DNA from: Thermodesulfobacteriota bacterium | GTDB taxonomy: Bacteria; Desulfobacterota_D; UBA1144; Nemesobacterales; UBA2774 | Length of the DNA: 64,000 nucleotides | Assembly: GCA_965216785.1 (NCBI GenBank) | Contig: OZ244197.1 | Span: 1,568,001 to 1,632,000 of the forward strand | Direction: 5' to 3' | Shown: piece by piece, positions 12,297 through 23,654 of the stretch | Layout: each line of letters begins with the position of its first letter | Numbering within the stretch: position 1 is the stretch's first letter | Position numbers and translations under genes: made by a program | Notes under the pieces: model-generated | Seen by the model: the letters and a program-made list of their open reading frames with translations, nothing else | Told to the model about the DNA's origin: nothing | The model's database searches: none

Positions 12297-13631
12297 TCAT
12301 ATCCCTTTCATCATTCTTTTGGCCATTTTCCCCATTTTCCCCATGTTTTTCATCATGCCCCTCATCTGCATATAATTCTTGATCATGCGGTTAATATCTT
12401 CCACTCTCGTGCCGCTGCCCTTGGCGATTCGTTTGCGCCTGCTGCCGTTAAGAATAGTGTGGTTTAGTCTTTCCTTGGGCGTCATGGAATTTATTATTGC
12501 GATAGTCTTCTTAATCTCTTTCTCTGCGGTCTCAAGCGCCTTGGGGTCTTTGGCGACATCTTTCATGCCGGGTATCATCTGCGTCATGCTGTCAAGAGGT
12601 CCCAATTTGCCCATTGCGAGCATTGCATCGCGGAAGTCAGAGAGATTGAACTCCTTTTTGAGGAGTTTTTTGGACATTTTCTCCGCTTCCTTCTCATCAA
12701 ACGCTGCCTGTGCTTTTTCGATGAAAGAAAGCACATCGCCCATCCCTAATATTCTGGAAGCAATCCTGTCGGGATGGAATACCTCAAGGGCCTCAAGCTT
12801 TTCGCCCGTTCCGAAAAACTTTATGGGTTTTCCCGTCACTGCTTTAATGGAGAGAGCAGCTCCGCCCCTTGCGTCACCGTCCATCTTTGTAAGCACAACG
12901 CCGTCTATGTCCATAGCCTCGTTAAAGCTAGTGGATACGTTTACGGCGTCCTGACCGGTCATGGCGTCTGCTACAAGCAGCACCTGGTGGGGGCTTACTT
13001 CTGATTTAATTGTCTTAAGCTCGTCCATCAGCTCATCGTCAATGTGGAGACGACCCGCGGTATCGAAAATGACGATGTCGTGCGCGCTCGTGCGCGCAAT
13101 CTCCATTGCGTCTTTACAAATCTGTGCCGGCATCACTCCCGGCTGTGTATCGTATACGTCAACACCGATCTGCGATGCTAGCACCTTTAGCTGGTCTATA
13201 GCGGCCGGCCTGTAGATGTCTGCGGGTACTAAGTAGGGGTTTCTCTTGTGAGTGTCTTTAAGGTATTTAGCGAGTTTTGACGCGGTTGTGGTTTTACCTG
13301 AGCCCTGGAGCCCTATAAGCATAATTCCCACAGGCGGGGAGGATTTAAGATCGAGCTCAGAGCTTTCGGAGCCAAGTACGTTTATAAGCTCTTCGTGTAC
13401 GATTTTCACAAATTGCTGCCCAGGTGACAGGCTTTGCATCACCTCTTGGCCGAGTGCGCGGTTTTTTACCGACTCTACGAAATCTCTTACTACTTTAAAG
13501 TTTACGTCAGCTTCAAGCAAGCTCAGGCGGACTTCTCTCAGCGCTTCCTGTATATTCTTTTCACTCAGCTTGCCGTAGCCCCGTACGCGCTTTAAAGTAG
13601 TGTTTAGTTTTTCAGATATTCCTTCAAACAT
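12297..13631 (-). CDS. ffh: Signal recognition particle protein
   Basis: GLQGSGKTT, DTAGRL, TKMDGDARGGAALS, Met-rich M domain. Confidence 0.99.
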   Translation of the reverse strand: MFEGISEKLNTTLKRVRGYGKLSEKNIQEALREVRLSLLEADVNFKVVRDFVESVKNRALGQEVMQSLSPGQQFVKIVHEELINVLGSESSELDLKSSPPVGIMLIGLQGSGKTTTASKLAKYLKDTHKRNPYLVPADIYRPAAIDQLKVLASQIGVDVYDTQPGVMPAQICKDAMEIARTSAHDIVIFDTAGRLHIDDELMDELKTIKSEVSPHQVLLVADAMTGQDAVNVSTSFNEAMDIDGVVLTKMDGDARGGAALSIKAVTGKPIKFFGTGEKLEALEVFHPDRIASRILGMGDVLSFIEKAQAAFDEKEAEKMSKKLLKKEFNLSDFRDAMLAMGKLGPLDSMTQMIPGMKDVAKDPKALETAEKEIKKTIAIINSMTPKERLNHTILNGSRRKRIAKGSGTRVEDINRMIKNYMQMRGMMKNMGKMGKMAKRMMKGI

Positions 13632-13840
13632 AGTATTGTGTAATGAGGCTTAAATACACCTCTCCCATCAATTGAAAAACCTAAATAAATATCATAGCTT
13701 GGCGTGGTTGTCAACTATTTTAGAACCGCACAAAGCCCGGTTTTATTAGCTAACACTCGTCTTTACAGCCAAGTTGTGATGCAGTCCCGGTAAGACAGGA
13801 GCGTATTGCCCGGGTCATAGTTACTTGATGTTATCAGATA

Positions 13841-15109
13841 CTAAGGTGAAAAGAACAATTCTATGATTTTATATATAATCCCGTCTGATATACCTGCTAT
13901 ATATATTTCACCCTGCTCATCCAAACCGAAAGAGGCGATTATAAAGGTCTCTTCGTCAGAAAACCGGAATATTTCCTCGTTACCGGTGGCAGTACCGCCA
14001 TCAATACTTAATGCCCATATGCGGCCAGAAGCGAAATCTCCATAAATGTATTTTCCCTGTAGCTGCTCAATTTCTGCGCCCCGGTAGATAAAGCCGCCTG
14101 TAACGGACCTGCCCTGACCGCGTCCGTATTCCCATATAGGCTGCTCAAGTCCCGTCATATCACAATCTGTTGGCGGGTCAAAGCATAGCGTGCCTTCCAT
14201 GATCGGCCACCCGTAATTTTTTCCGGGCTCTACTATATCTATTTCCTCTCTATCGCCCTGACCCACGTCTGCGGTAATGAGAAGCCCCGTTACGGGGTCA
14301 ATGCTTGCTCGCCACGGATTGCGGAGCCCGTAGGCATATATCTCTTCCCTGAATCCAGACGAGTTTCCGGCAAAGGGGTTGTCAGCGGGAATTCCGTACT
14401 CAAGTCCCTCGTCGGGGTTGTCAATGTCGATGCGCAGTATAGCGCCGAACAAGTTCGTTAGGTCCTGTGATTCATCAGATACGCTCCCGGATGGGCCGCC
14501 GTCGCCGGATGTAATGTAAAGGAGGCCGTCAGAGGGGCCGAAAAACATCTGACCGCCGTTATGGAAGGCGTTGGTCTGATCGAATTCAATTAGTACCAGC
14601 TCGCTCTCTGGATCTGCAATGTCAGGGTCTCCGTCACTTACCGAGAACCTTGAAATTACGGTTCTAAAGGGAGCGTCGGCTATATAATTCACATAAAAGT
14701 ATCCGTTATTTTCAAAGTCGGGATGAAACGCTAAACCTAGTAATCCCGCTTCGCCGCCTTCATCCTTTGAGATCCTGTCCTGTATATCCAGAAAAACGCT
14801 TTTCTCCGCTCTGGATGTAATTGTCCGGGCGGTACTTTGTGCGGGCGCTGGATCCGGGGTTATGATCTGTATAGTGCCTCCCTGCTCTACCACGAAAAGA
14901 CGGTTCGAGCCGTCGCCCGCGTTTTCAATGCCAAGAGGTCTATTGAAAGTAAGCTCCGGAAACGCGTTCTCGGCTCTAATCACAGATCCGCCTTCCCCTC
15001 TTGGGCCCTCGTGTGAATCACAAGAGACTAAAGCTAGGCATATTGTGACGAGAAAAAGCGCCAACAAACCGCTCTTTAAAGCACTATGGGATAATATCAT
15101 TCCAGTCAT
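13841..15109 (-). CDS. PQQ-dependent sugar dehydrogenase (GSDH family) lipoprotein
   Basis: GLLGLAFHPDF, HNGG, GDGG, AYGLRNPWR, NYGWP; lipobox-like LVSC. Confidence 0.9.
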   Translation of the reverse strand: MTGMILSHSALKSGLLALFLVTICLALVSCDSHEGPRGEGGSVIRAENAFPELTFNRPLGIENAGDGSNRLFVVEQGGTIQIITPDPAPAQSTARTITSRAEKSVFLDIQDRISKDEGGEAGLLGLAFHPDFENNGYFYVNYIADAPFRTVISRFSVSDGDPDIADPESELVLIEFDQTNAFHNGGQMFFGPSDGLLYITSGDGGPSGSVSDESQDLTNLFGAILRIDIDNPDEGLEYGIPADNPFAGNSSGFREEIYAYGLRNPWRASIDPVTGLLITADVGQGDREEIDIVEPGKNYGWPIMEGTLCFDPPTDCDMTGLEQPIWEYGRGQGRSVTGGFIYRGAEIEQLQGKYIYGDFASGRIWALSIDGGTATGNEEIFRFSDEETFIIASFGLDEQGEIYIAGISDGIIYKIIELFFSP

Positions 15110-15176
15110 AATTGATCCCCTCCTTCCCTAGGTAGTTAATACATATTATAAATGATATAAGGAGGGTTTGTGTCTC

Positions 15177-15896
15177 TTATGTTAAGGTCTCCCCCGGTTT
15201 TAGCTCCACTACCTCTAGCCCTGAAAACTCCTTGGTTAGCTCTTTAAACTCTTCCGGAGTGCCGGTTAATACCGGAAATGTGCCGTAGTGCATTGGGATT
15301 GCGTAATCAGGATTCATGAGCTTGCAGGCATAGGCTGCTTCCCTGGGTGACATGGTGAAAATATTCCCTATGGGGAGCATCACGAGCTCCGGTTCGTAAA
15401 GCTCGGCTATGAGCTTCATATCGCCGAATACGGCGGTATCTCCGGCATGATATATCTTAAAGCCGTTCTCTAGCTCTATCACGTATCCCGCGGCCTCTCC
15501 CCCGTATATAATGCTTCCGTCCTCTTCTTTAATGCCGCAGCTATGATCTGCGTGAACCATTGTAAACTTTATGCCGTCAACTTCCTGGGTGCCCCCTTTG
15601 TTCATGGGCATAATGTTTTCTACCCCTTTGGAGTTAAGCCAAACGCATGTCTCAAATATTCCCACTACTTTTGGCTGGTGCTCTTTTCCGAGAGTAACGC
15701 AGTCTCCAATGTGGTCATAGTGCGCGTGTGTTACAGCCATGATGTCTAGCTCATCGACTTTTTTTAGCTCCTCCGGGCATAGCGGGTTTCCCTGGACCCA
15801 AGGATCAATTATAAGTGTTTTCCCTCCGGGAGTGCTGAGCTTAAATGTCGCATGGCCCATGTAAGTTATCTCAATACCGTTATCAAGTTTTCGCAT
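15177..15896 (-). CDS. Metallo-beta-lactamase-fold metal-dependent hydrolase (UPF0173-like)
   Basis: THAHYDH, YHAGDT, IPMHYGTFP motifs. Confidence 0.92.
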   Translation of the reverse strand: MRKLDNGIEITYMGHATFKLSTPGGKTLIIDPWVQGNPLCPEELKKVDELDIMAVTHAHYDHIGDCVTLGKEHQPKVVGIFETCVWLNSKGVENIMPMNKGGTQEVDGIKFTMVHADHSCGIKEEDGSIIYGGEAAGYVIELENGFKIYHAGDTAVFGDMKLIAELYEPELVMLPIGNIFTMSPREAAYACKLMNPDYAIPMHYGTFPVLTGTPEEFKELTKEFSGLEVVELKPGETLT

Positions 15897-15991
15897 AGTA
15901 AATACCCTCGTGTGTGTTTTAGTATGTTCTAAAATAATATTACTGTTACATAAATCGTTTCAAGCCGCGGATTAAAAGAGATCGCGATTCA

Positions 15992-16423
15992 ATGTTAGAA
16001 TTATGTTTAATGTCATATGAGTTGCTCGATCATACTGCCGATCTTTGTATCAGAGTCACAGGAGGGAGCTTCGGTGAGCTGCTTCGGAATGCATCGCTTG
16101 CAATGATGGATCAAATTACGGATAGAGACAGGGTCAATACGTCCGTATGTGAGATTATAGAGGTAACAGGCGATACGAAAGAGGAAATACTCGTTAAATT
16201 GCTCAGTGAGATTCTTTATCTGCACGAAACAAGCAGGCTCGTTTTTAAGGATATACGCTTGAAAATGTGTGACGAAACAACAGTAGCGGCGGAGCTTTCG
16301 GGAGAGAGATACGATTCTTCAAAACATGAGCTGGTAAATGACATTAAAGCTGTAACCTATCACGGTTTGAAAGTGGAGAGGGTGAATGATAGATTTACGG
16401 CTGATATTGTTTTCGACATTTAA
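15992..16423 (+). CDS. Archease (likely start ATG 16010)
   Basis: DHTAD N-terminal motif, IKAVTYH and FDI C-terminus. Confidence 0.95.
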   Translation: MLELCLMSYELLDHTADLCIRVTGGSFGELLRNASLAMMDQITDRDRVNTSVCEIIEVTGDTKEEILVKLLSEILYLHETSRLVFKDIRLKMCDETTVAAELSGERYDSSKHELVNDIKAVTYHGLKVERVNDRFTADIVFDI

Positions 16424-16453
16424 TGTCTCGTATTTTGCTGTAATGACAATGAG

Positions 16454-17914
16454 TTGCACGGCAGTAAAAGTGATGTGATCATGAGAATAGAAAAGGTGCA
16501 TGACTATCTTTGGGAGATCCCTAAAACAGGCGGTATGCTGGTTCCGGGCAGGGTGTATGCGGATGAGAGAATGCTCGAGCGAATAAAGGAAGACAAGGCG
16601 CTTGAGCAGGTTGTAAACGTGGCGCACTTGCCGGGGATTCGGAAATATTCAATCGCTATGCCGGACATTCACTGGGGGTACGGATTCCCCATCGGAGGTG
16701 TGGCCGGTGTTGACGCGGAGGAAGGGGTGATTTCTCCTGGCGGGGTGGGGTATGACATAAACTGCGGCGTTAGGCTTATGACGACGAAGCTTACTGAGCA
16801 GGACGTGAGGCTAAGGCTCAGTGAGTTAGTAACTCAGCTATACAAGAAAGTACCCTCTGGCGCGGGGGAGAGCGGAGAGGTCAAGCTTTCAAAAGAGGAC
16901 TATAGGGCGATATTCAGTAAGGGATCACGGTGGGCGGTCGAGAGAGGGTGCGGGCGGGATGATGATCTTTTGAAGACGGAAGACCACGGCCATTTCCCGG
17001 GGGCGGATCCTAAAGCGGTGAGTAGGCGGGCGTTTAAACGAGGAAAAGAGCAGTTAGGCACCCTCGGATCCGGAAACCACTTTGTCGAGGTTGACGTAGT
17101 GGACAAGCTGTTTGACCCGGGTGTTGCCGAGGTGTTCGGTCTTGAGCCCGGCAGAGTCTGCGTACTGATACATTCAGGCTCAAGGGGGTTCGGGCATCAG
17201 ATATGTACTGATTATATAGATACTATGATCTCTTATATGAGAAGGGAAGGGCTTACTCTTCCGGATAAGCAGCTCGCGTGCGCGCATATACGCTCTAGCG
17301 AAGCCCAGGCTTATCTTGCGGCGTTTTCCGCGGCCGTAAATTACGCATGGACCAACAGGCAAATTATCATGCACTCGGTAAGGGAAGCGTTCTATGAAAC
17401 TTTCGGCATTACGGAGAGAGAACTTGGCTCCTCGCTCGTGTACGACGTGAGCCACAATATAGCAAAGTTTGAAGACCATAAGATTAACGGGGGTATTAAG
17501 CGAATCTGCGTTCACAGAAAAGGGGCGACGCGCGCATTTCCCAAGGGGCATAAACATATACCTGAGGTGTATAAAGAAGTGGGGCAGCCCGTGTTCATAC
17601 CGGGTGATATGGGCAGGGGATCTTACGTGCTCGTGGGCACAGAAGCCTCTATGGAAGAGACATTCGGGACATGCTGCCACGGAGCGGGTAGAATGCTATC
17701 GAGAAGAAAGGCGCTCAAAGAAGCCCGGGGCAGAAATATATTTGAGGAGCTGAGTGAAAAAGGCGTGGTCATTATGGCTAAAGGTAAGAGGACAGTGGCC
17801 GAGGAGATGCCCGAGGCCTATAAGGACGCACAAGACGTATGCGATGTAGTTCATAACGCCGGTATTGCCAGCAAAGTTGCAAAACTAAGACCCATAGGTG
17901 TGATAAAAGGATAA
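16454..17914 (+). CDS. rtcB: RtcB-family RNA ligase (likely start ATG 16481)
   Basis: [44 protein letters not shown] motifs. Confidence 0.97.
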   Translation: MHGSKSDVIMRIEKVHDYLWEIPKTGGMLVPGRVYADERMLERIKEDKALEQVVNVAHLPGIRKYSIAMPDIHWGYGFPIGGVAGVDAEEGVISPGGVGYDINCGVRLMTTKLTEQDVRLRLSELVTQLYKKVPSGAGESGEVKLSKEDYRAIFSKGSRWAVERGCGRDDDLLKTEDHGHFPGADPKAVSRRAFKRGKEQLGTLGSGNHFVEVDVVDKLFDPGVAEVFGLEPGRVCVLIHSGSRGFGHQICTDYIDTMISYMRREGLTLPDKQLACAHIRSSEAQAYLAAFSAAVNYAWTNRQIIMHSVREAFYETFGITERELGSSLVYDVSHNIAKFEDHKINGGIKRICVHRKGATRAFPKGHKHIPEVYKEVGQPVFIPGDMGRGSYVLVGTEASMEETFGTCCHGAGRMLSRRKALKEARGRNIFEELSEKGVVIMAKGKRTVAEEMPEAYKDAQDVCDVVHNAGIASKVAKLRPIGVIKG

Positions 17915-17919
17915 GGAAA

Positions 17920-19200
17920 ATGCTAGATTCGAAATTCATAGAGGAAAATCTCGATACTGTAGTTAATAAGATCAAAGAAAGGGGCGGAGAGTTTGACACC
18001 GAGACCTTTAAGTCTCTTGATCAGGAAAGAAAGAGAATTATTTCACAAGTGGAGAAGCTTGAGAATGAAAGGAACATCGGCTCAAAAAAAGTAGGTGAGC
18101 TAATGAGGGGGGGAAGTAAGGAAGAGGCCCGGCAGCTTCAGGCCGAGCTGAAACACAAGTCAGAGCAAATAAAAGAGCTTTCCGAGGAAAGAAAAAAGGC
18201 TGATGAAAATTTCAGGGCATTTCTCCTGACTGTGCCTAATATCCCCAACGACTCGGTGCCTGTAGGCGTGAGTGACGAGGACAACGTTGAGGTTAAAAAC
18301 TGGGGAGAGAAGCGTGAGTTTAACTTTGAGCCCAAGGACCATGTGGAGATCGGCAAGGGGCTCGATATACTCGATCTGGACAGGGCCGCCAAGATAACAG
18401 GCGCCAGGTTTGCCCTCTATAAAGGTCTCGGGGCGAGGCTTGAGAGGGCGCTTGTGAATTTTATGCTGGATCTTCATACAGGGGAGCACGGATATACTGA
18501 GGTGCTGCCCCCTTTTATGGCCAACACGGCAAGCTTTGTCGGTACCGGAAACCTGCCGAAATTTGAAGAAGATTTATTTAAAGTACAGGGGACTGATTAT
18601 TACCTGATCCCGACAGCGGAAGTGCCTGTAACAAATATTTACAGGGATGAAATACTGAGTGAAGATGACCTGCCGATAAAATACGCGGCGTATACGCCGT
18701 GTTTCAGATCCGAGGCGGGCTCTTACGGGAAAGACGTCCGCGGAATTATAAGACAGCATCAATTCAATAAGGTCGAGCTTGTTAAATTTGCCCATCCGGA
18801 CACCTCTTATGAAGAGCACGAGAGTCTTACCGAAAACGCGGCCCGTGTGCTGGAGCTCCTTGGGCTTCCCTATAGAATCGTAGTTCTCTGTACAGGGGAT
18901 ATGGGATTTTCCTCAGCCAAGACATATGACATAGAAGTGTGGGTGCCTGCTGAGAACACTTACCGTGAGATATCTTCGTGCAGTAACTTCGAGGACTTTC
19001 AGGCAAGGCGAGCTTCTATACGTTTCAGGCCTAAGGGAGGTGGAAAAGTGAGGCTTGTTCATACCCTAAACGGCTCTGGTCTGGCTGTGGGGCGCTGCGT
19101 GATCGGTATACTCGAAAACAATCAGGAAGAGGACGGGAGCGTTAGGATTCCGGATGTGCTGGTGCCTTATATGGGCGGAATTCAGAAGATTACGGTATAA
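17920..19200 (+). CDS. serS: Seryl-tRNA synthetase
   Basis: [34 protein letters not shown] motifs. Confidence 0.99.
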   Translation: MLDSKFIEENLDTVVNKIKERGGEFDTETFKSLDQERKRIISQVEKLENERNIGSKKVGELMRGGSKEEARQLQAELKHKSEQIKELSEERKKADENFRAFLLTVPNIPNDSVPVGVSDEDNVEVKNWGEKREFNFEPKDHVEIGKGLDILDLDRAAKITGARFALYKGLGARLERALVNFMLDLHTGEHGYTEVLPPFMANTASFVGTGNLPKFEEDLFKVQGTDYYLIPTAEVPVTNIYRDEILSEDDLPIKYAAYTPCFRSEAGSYGKDVRGIIRQHQFNKVELVKFAHPDTSYEEHESLTENAARVLELLGLPYRIVVLCTGDMGFSSAKTYDIEVWVPAENTYREISSCSNFEDFQARRASIRFRPKGGGKVRLVHTLNGSGLAVGRCVIGILENNQEEDGSVRIPDVLVPYMGGIQKITV

Positions 19201-19241
19201 CTGGATACCTCTTTTCGGTTAACAGCTCTGGTATTAGCTGC

Positions 19242-21158
19242 TTATTCAGTAATAGGAAGGTCTATTATAAATCTTGCCCCTTTTGACCCCGTGTTCTCGG
19301 CGTATATATCTCCCCCGTGTTCTTTTATTATGCCGAAGGACACAGAGAGCCCAAGGCCGGTGCCTTTGCCTTTTGGTTTTGAGGTGTAGAACGGGTCAAA
19401 TATTTTGGGTAATATGTCAGCTGGTATCCCGGGTCCGCTGTCTTCGAATATTAACTGCACGAAGTCTTTTCTACCGTCTTTTATCTTGCTTATTATTGTG
19501 AGATTTCTTTCATCCGAAGAGTCTTCCAACGCGTGCAGAGCGTTCATGATTAGGTTCATAAAAACCTGCTGCAGCTGATTTGGGTCTGCGACGATCTCCG
19601 GGAGATCGGGGTTTAGGTTTTGTATGACATTCACCTTATTTTTAGTAAGCTCATAACTTACCAGTCCGAGCGTGGTGTCGAGTACATCGTTTGCCTGAAT
19701 CTGCTCTTTTTCGGGGTTGTGCTTTCGCGCGAAAGAGAGGAGATTCTGAATTACTTTTCTAGCCCTTTCGGCTTCACGGTTAATTGACTCCACCGCTTTT
19801 TTCGACTCCTCGTCCAGATCGGGCTCTTCCAGCATCATTTCTGAATATCCGATTACAACTGCCAGGGGGTTATTTATTTCATGAGTGACGCCTGATATAA
19901 GCTCACCTATGGCAGCGAGCTTAGAAGATTGGTGAAGCTGCGCCTCCATGTGTTTTCTCTCGGTGATATCAAATATAATGGCCGTCAGAACGGAACGCCC
20001 GTCAATTTTACACCTGGAAAGAGAAACCTCAATCGGGAATTCCCGTCCCGATTTACTTAGTCCCTCGGATTCAAACATAAATCCTTGTTCAAAGCTATCC
20101 TTGTTCCCGTTTTTTAAAGTGTGTTTGTCCTTAACTAAATCCTTGTGTTTTTCGGGAAAGAGCATAAAAAATTCCTTGTCCCGCACTTCCTCTGTACCGT
20201 ATTCAAAAAGCCCTTCGGCGGCCGGGTTGTAAAGAATTATATTGGCTTCCTCGTCTACTGCTATTATTGCGCTCTTAGCGGTCTCGATAAATGTTCTGTA
20301 ACGCTCTTCAGACTCTTTTAGGGCAAGCTCAAGTGTTTTCCTCGAGCTTATGTCGTCGATGACCGAGACAATGCCTATATGCTCGCCTTCCTGATCTTTT
20401 ATAACCGAGGTCTTCTCGTAAATAGGAAAAGCGGTTCCGTCTTTTTTCAGTCCGAGTCTCTCACCTTCCCAGCCTACCATCAGTATGGCCTCGTAAATCT
20501 TGCCGCTTACTCCCGAGGGGTCGTCGGCAGGGTATAGAACTGCGCTTTTCTCTCCCATTAACTCTTGGGCTGAATGGCCGAACATCTTTTCGTGTGCGGT
20601 GTTGATATAGAGTATGTTCTGGTTTATGTCCGTAATCGTTACTGCCGAGTTAAGGCTATTGACCGAAGCTGACAGTACTACCGCTTGGTCACTTACCCCC
20701 TTTGTGCCTTGAGCTTCTTTCTGAATCGTCTTTTGTGAGTTCCTGCCACGGAGCTCATCTTTGAGCTGCGCATTCTCTACTGCTTTTAAGATTAAAGTGG
20801 CCAAATAGCTTTCATTAAGCGGCCTCGCGACAAAAGCGTAAACCATGTCATGGAGCGGGATTTCTTTGGCCAATACACCGTCTGCGCTTATTTCGGCCTC
20901 TTCATCCGTAACCACTATTATCTGTGTTGCGTGTGAGATCGATTTGATCTTGGTTAACAGTTTTGTGAGGGTATCGCCCGGGTCTGAGACCTCGACAACT
21001 ACAACGTTATAGAACTCTTCCGTAAGAGCGCGGGAAACTTCATCCAAGCTATGTACGCTCTTAGCTGAAATGTTCCTATTACTTAGAAACTTATCCAGAG
21101 CCGAAGAGGGCTTAAAATTCAGCCTCAGTAAAACTCTTGATTCTTTCTTGTTACTCAT
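19242..21158 (-). CDS. PAS/PAC sensor histidine kinase with N-terminal receiver-like region
   Basis: Two PAS domains, HEINNPL H-box, N box, DSGPG, GTGLGL. Confidence 0.93.
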   Translation of the reverse strand: MSNKKESRVLLRLNFKPSSALDKFLSNRNISAKSVHSLDEVSRALTEEFYNVVVVEVSDPGDTLTKLLTKIKSISHATQIIVVTDEEAEISADGVLAKEIPLHDMVYAFVARPLNESYLATLILKAVENAQLKDELRGRNSQKTIQKEAQGTKGVSDQAVVLSASVNSLNSAVTITDINQNILYINTAHEKMFGHSAQELMGEKSAVLYPADDPSGVSGKIYEAILMVGWEGERLGLKKDGTAFPIYEKTSVIKDQEGEHIGIVSVIDDISSRKTLELALKESEERYRTFIETAKSAIIAVDEEANIILYNPAAEGLFEYGTEEVRDKEFFMLFPEKHKDLVKDKHTLKNGNKDSFEQGFMFESEGLSKSGREFPIEVSLSRCKIDGRSVLTAIIFDITERKHMEAQLHQSSKLAAIGELISGVTHEINNPLAVVIGYSEMMLEEPDLDEESKKAVESINREAERARKVIQNLLSFARKHNPEKEQIQANDVLDTTLGLVSYELTKNKVNVIQNLNPDLPEIVADPNQLQQVFMNLIMNALHALEDSSDERNLTIISKIKDGRKDFVQLIFEDSGPGIPADILPKIFDPFYTSKPKGKGTGLGLSVSFGIIKEHGGDIYAENTGSKGARFIIDLPITE

Positions 21159-21336
21159 ACATTCTCCCGATCCTAGTTAACGGACGCACAAAATTGCGCC
21201 TCATTATATGAACAGTATGAGGTAGTTACATTTATTAAATTAATATCTCGGAAAATAAAATTCCCGGGATCATCCTCTCTTTATTGTAAATCTAAAATAC
21301 TAATTGTTACAACGCGTGCGGATTAGCTGCTTTGCG

Positions 21337-21642
21337 CTAAACTTCGTCCATACGCCCGCTGTATTTTTCAAGCCTATTGGACACGTAAAGAAAAATGGGC
21401 GCCAATACGGCTGCGATTATAAAAATATAGAGAAATACAAAGCCCGTTTGTTTCTCAGCTATGCCGATATCGTGCACGATTGAGCGTATGAAAATTATAA
21501 TTACCGCAAACGCGGATATGAGGCATATTACCGCCGCGCTCATAAACAAATATGAAAAAATACTTGCGAGCTGATCTCTCATATTATTCTCTAATTTGCA
21601 CTTATTAATATTAATTATAGTGCTGTTAGTATTTGGCCGCAA
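21337..21642 (-). CDS. Small membrane protein (likely start at MRDQL)
   Basis: Two hydrophobic helices. Confidence 0.55.
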   Translation of the reverse strand: MRPNTNSTIININKCKLENNMRDQLASIFSYLFMSAAVICLISAFAVIIIFIRSIVHDIGIAEKQTGFVFLYIFIIAAVLAPIFLYVSNRLEKYSGRMDEV

Positions 21643-21717
21643 TCAAATATTTAGGGGGGGTAAACCTAGAAGTGAAGTAGGGGTTAAATGGAAAATTTAA
21701 TTGAAAGTCATGTAAAA

Positions 21718-22290
21718 CTAGACTTCCATGATTTCTTTTTCTTTTTTCTCGAGCATCCCGTTTATTTCTTTTATGAACTTGTCTGTTAGGTCCTGAACCT
21801 CTTTAAGGGTTGTTTTGACTTCGTCCTCGGGGATGTGCTCATCTTTTTCGGCTTTAGTAATCTTGTGGTTAACGTCTTTTCTGATTTGTCTAACCGAAAC
21901 TCTGTAGTCTTCTGCAAGCTTGCCCACAAATCTCACAAGCTCTTTTCTTCTGTCTTCGGTAAGTACGGGGATGTTGAGCCTTATGGTCTTACCGTCGTTT
22001 GAGGGGGTTATGCCGAGCTCAGATTTCTGAAGTGCTTTTTCCACCTCGCCGATCGCAGTCTGGTCCCAAGGCTGTATCAGTATAGTCCTGGCCTCAGGTA
22101 TCGATACCGTAGCCATCTGATTTATCGGAGTCATCGCGCCGTAATAATCAACCAGTATATGCTCAATCAGACCGGTGGACGCCCTGCCTGTCCTAATCTT
22201 CCCGAGCTCTGAATCAAATGAGCTTATTGATTTGTCCATCCTCTCTTCGGTTTCGAGAAGTAACACATCCAAGTCGATTTCTTCAGCCAT
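21718..22290 (-). CDS. frr: Ribosome recycling factor
   Basis: [20 protein letters not shown] motifs. Confidence 0.98.
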   Translation of the reverse strand: MAEEIDLDVLLLETEERMDKSISSFDSELGKIRTGRASTGLIEHILVDYYGAMTPINQMATVSIPEARTILIQPWDQTAIGEVEKALQKSELGITPSNDGKTIRLNIPVLTEDRRKELVRFVGKLAEDYRVSVRQIRKDVNHKITKAEKDEHIPEDEVKTTLKEVQDLTDKFIKEINGMLEKKEKEIMEV

Positions 22291-23029
22291 TTTTCTTGCT
22301 CCTTACAAGTGTTCCTATCTTAGCTCCTGTAACTACCTTTTTAATATTACCGCTTTCAAACAGATTAAAAACAATTATGGGAATATTCCCCTGCATGCAG
22401 AGTGATATGGCTGTTGCGTCCATGATCTTAAGCTCTTTATTGAGGACTTCCATGTAGTTAAGCTCGGAAAACTTTACGGCGTCGTCGTGTTTCATGGGGT
22501 CTTTATCGTAAACCCCGTCCACTTTTGTGGCTTTGAGTATCAAATCGGCGCCTATCTCGAGCGCTCTCAGTGTCGCTGCTGTATCTGTTGTGAAAAAAGG
22601 ATTTCCAGTGCCGCCTGCGAAAATTACGATCCTTTCTTTTTCTAGATGGCGGATGGCTCTTCTTCTGATGTAGGGCTCGGCGATTTGCTCGATTTCAATT
22701 GCGGACTGGACGCGTGTTTGGAGATTCTTTTTCTCCAGTGAGTTCTGAAGCGCCATGGCGTTTATTACAGTTGCCAGCATACCCATATAGTCCCCGGTAG
22801 TCCGGTCTATACCTGATTCGGTGCCGGCGACTCCCCGGAAAATGTTGCCTCCGCCTATAACGAGGGCAATCTCAACACCCAGCGCATGAACATCGGCAAT
22901 TTCCTCAGATATTTTGTCGAGCACTTCAGGGCATATACCGTATCCTTGTTGTCCCTGGAGCGCTTCTCCGCTTAATTTAAGCAGTATCTTTTTGTACTTA
23001 GGCTTAGACAGAGTCTTTGGAGAATTCAT
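22283..23029 (-). CDS. pyrH: UMP kinase
   Basis: [25 protein letters not shown] motifs. Confidence 0.99.
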   Translation of the reverse strand: MNSPKTLSKPKYKKILLKLSGEALQGQQGYGICPEVLDKISEEIADVHALGVEIALVIGGGNIFRGVAGTESGIDRTTGDYMGMLATVINAMALQNSLEKKNLQTRVQSAIEIEQIAEPYIRRRAIRHLEKERIVIFAGGTGNPFFTTDTAATLRALEIGADLILKATKVDGVYDKDPMKHDDAVKFSELNYMEVLNKELKIMDATAISLCMQGNIPIIVFNLFESGNIKKVVTGAKIGTLVRSKKNG

Positions 23030-23041
23030 TTTTTCCTATGC

Positions 23042-23647
23042 TCAGTCCAGGGATTCCCCCAACTGATATCTTGTGAACCTTCTGATCTGGATATTCTCTC
23101 CGATCTTGGCTATCAATGCCTGAAGCAAATCGTCCATCTTTACTTTGGAATCTCTGATGTGAGTTTGGTTTAGGAGACAAACTTCCTCGTAGAATTTCTC
23201 AATCTTACCCTGGACAATCTTGTCTGCTATGTCCTCGGGCTTGCCCGATTCGATTACCTGTGCTTTCATTACTTCCTTTTCTTTCTCAAGCTCGTCCTCA
23301 GGTATGTCTTCCTGACTTATGTATCTTGGGTTTGCCGCAGCAATCTGCATTGCCACTTCTTTGGCAAATGCCTGAAACTCCTCGTTTCTGGCTACAAAAT
23401 CGGTTTCGCAGTTTACTTCTACCATAACTCCTATCTTGCCGCCGGCGTGTATATATGAAGTTATTGTGCCTTCGGGGGTCTCTCTCCCGACTTTTTTCGA
23501 AGCTTTTGCTACTCCCTTAATTTTGAGAATATCAATTGCCTTTTCGTAATCTCCCTCGACTTCTTCGAGGGCTTTTTTACAATCGATAAAGGGCGCTCCT
23601 GTTCTGTCCCTTATATCTTTTACCATCTGTGCCGTAATATCAGCCAT
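23042..23647 (-). CDS. tsf: Elongation factor Ts (short form)
   Basis: EVNCETDFVA, GENIQIRRF motifs. Confidence 0.98.
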   Translation of the reverse strand: MADITAQMVKDIRDRTGAPFIDCKKALEEVEGDYEKAIDILKIKGVAKASKKVGRETPEGTITSYIHAGGKIGVMVEVNCETDFVARNEEFQAFAKEVAMQIAAANPRYISQEDIPEDELEKEKEVMKAQVIESGKPEDIADKIVQGKIEKFYEEVCLLNQTHIRDSKVKMDDLLQALIAKIGENIQIRRFTRYQLGESLD

Positions 23648-23654
23648 TTGTTAA

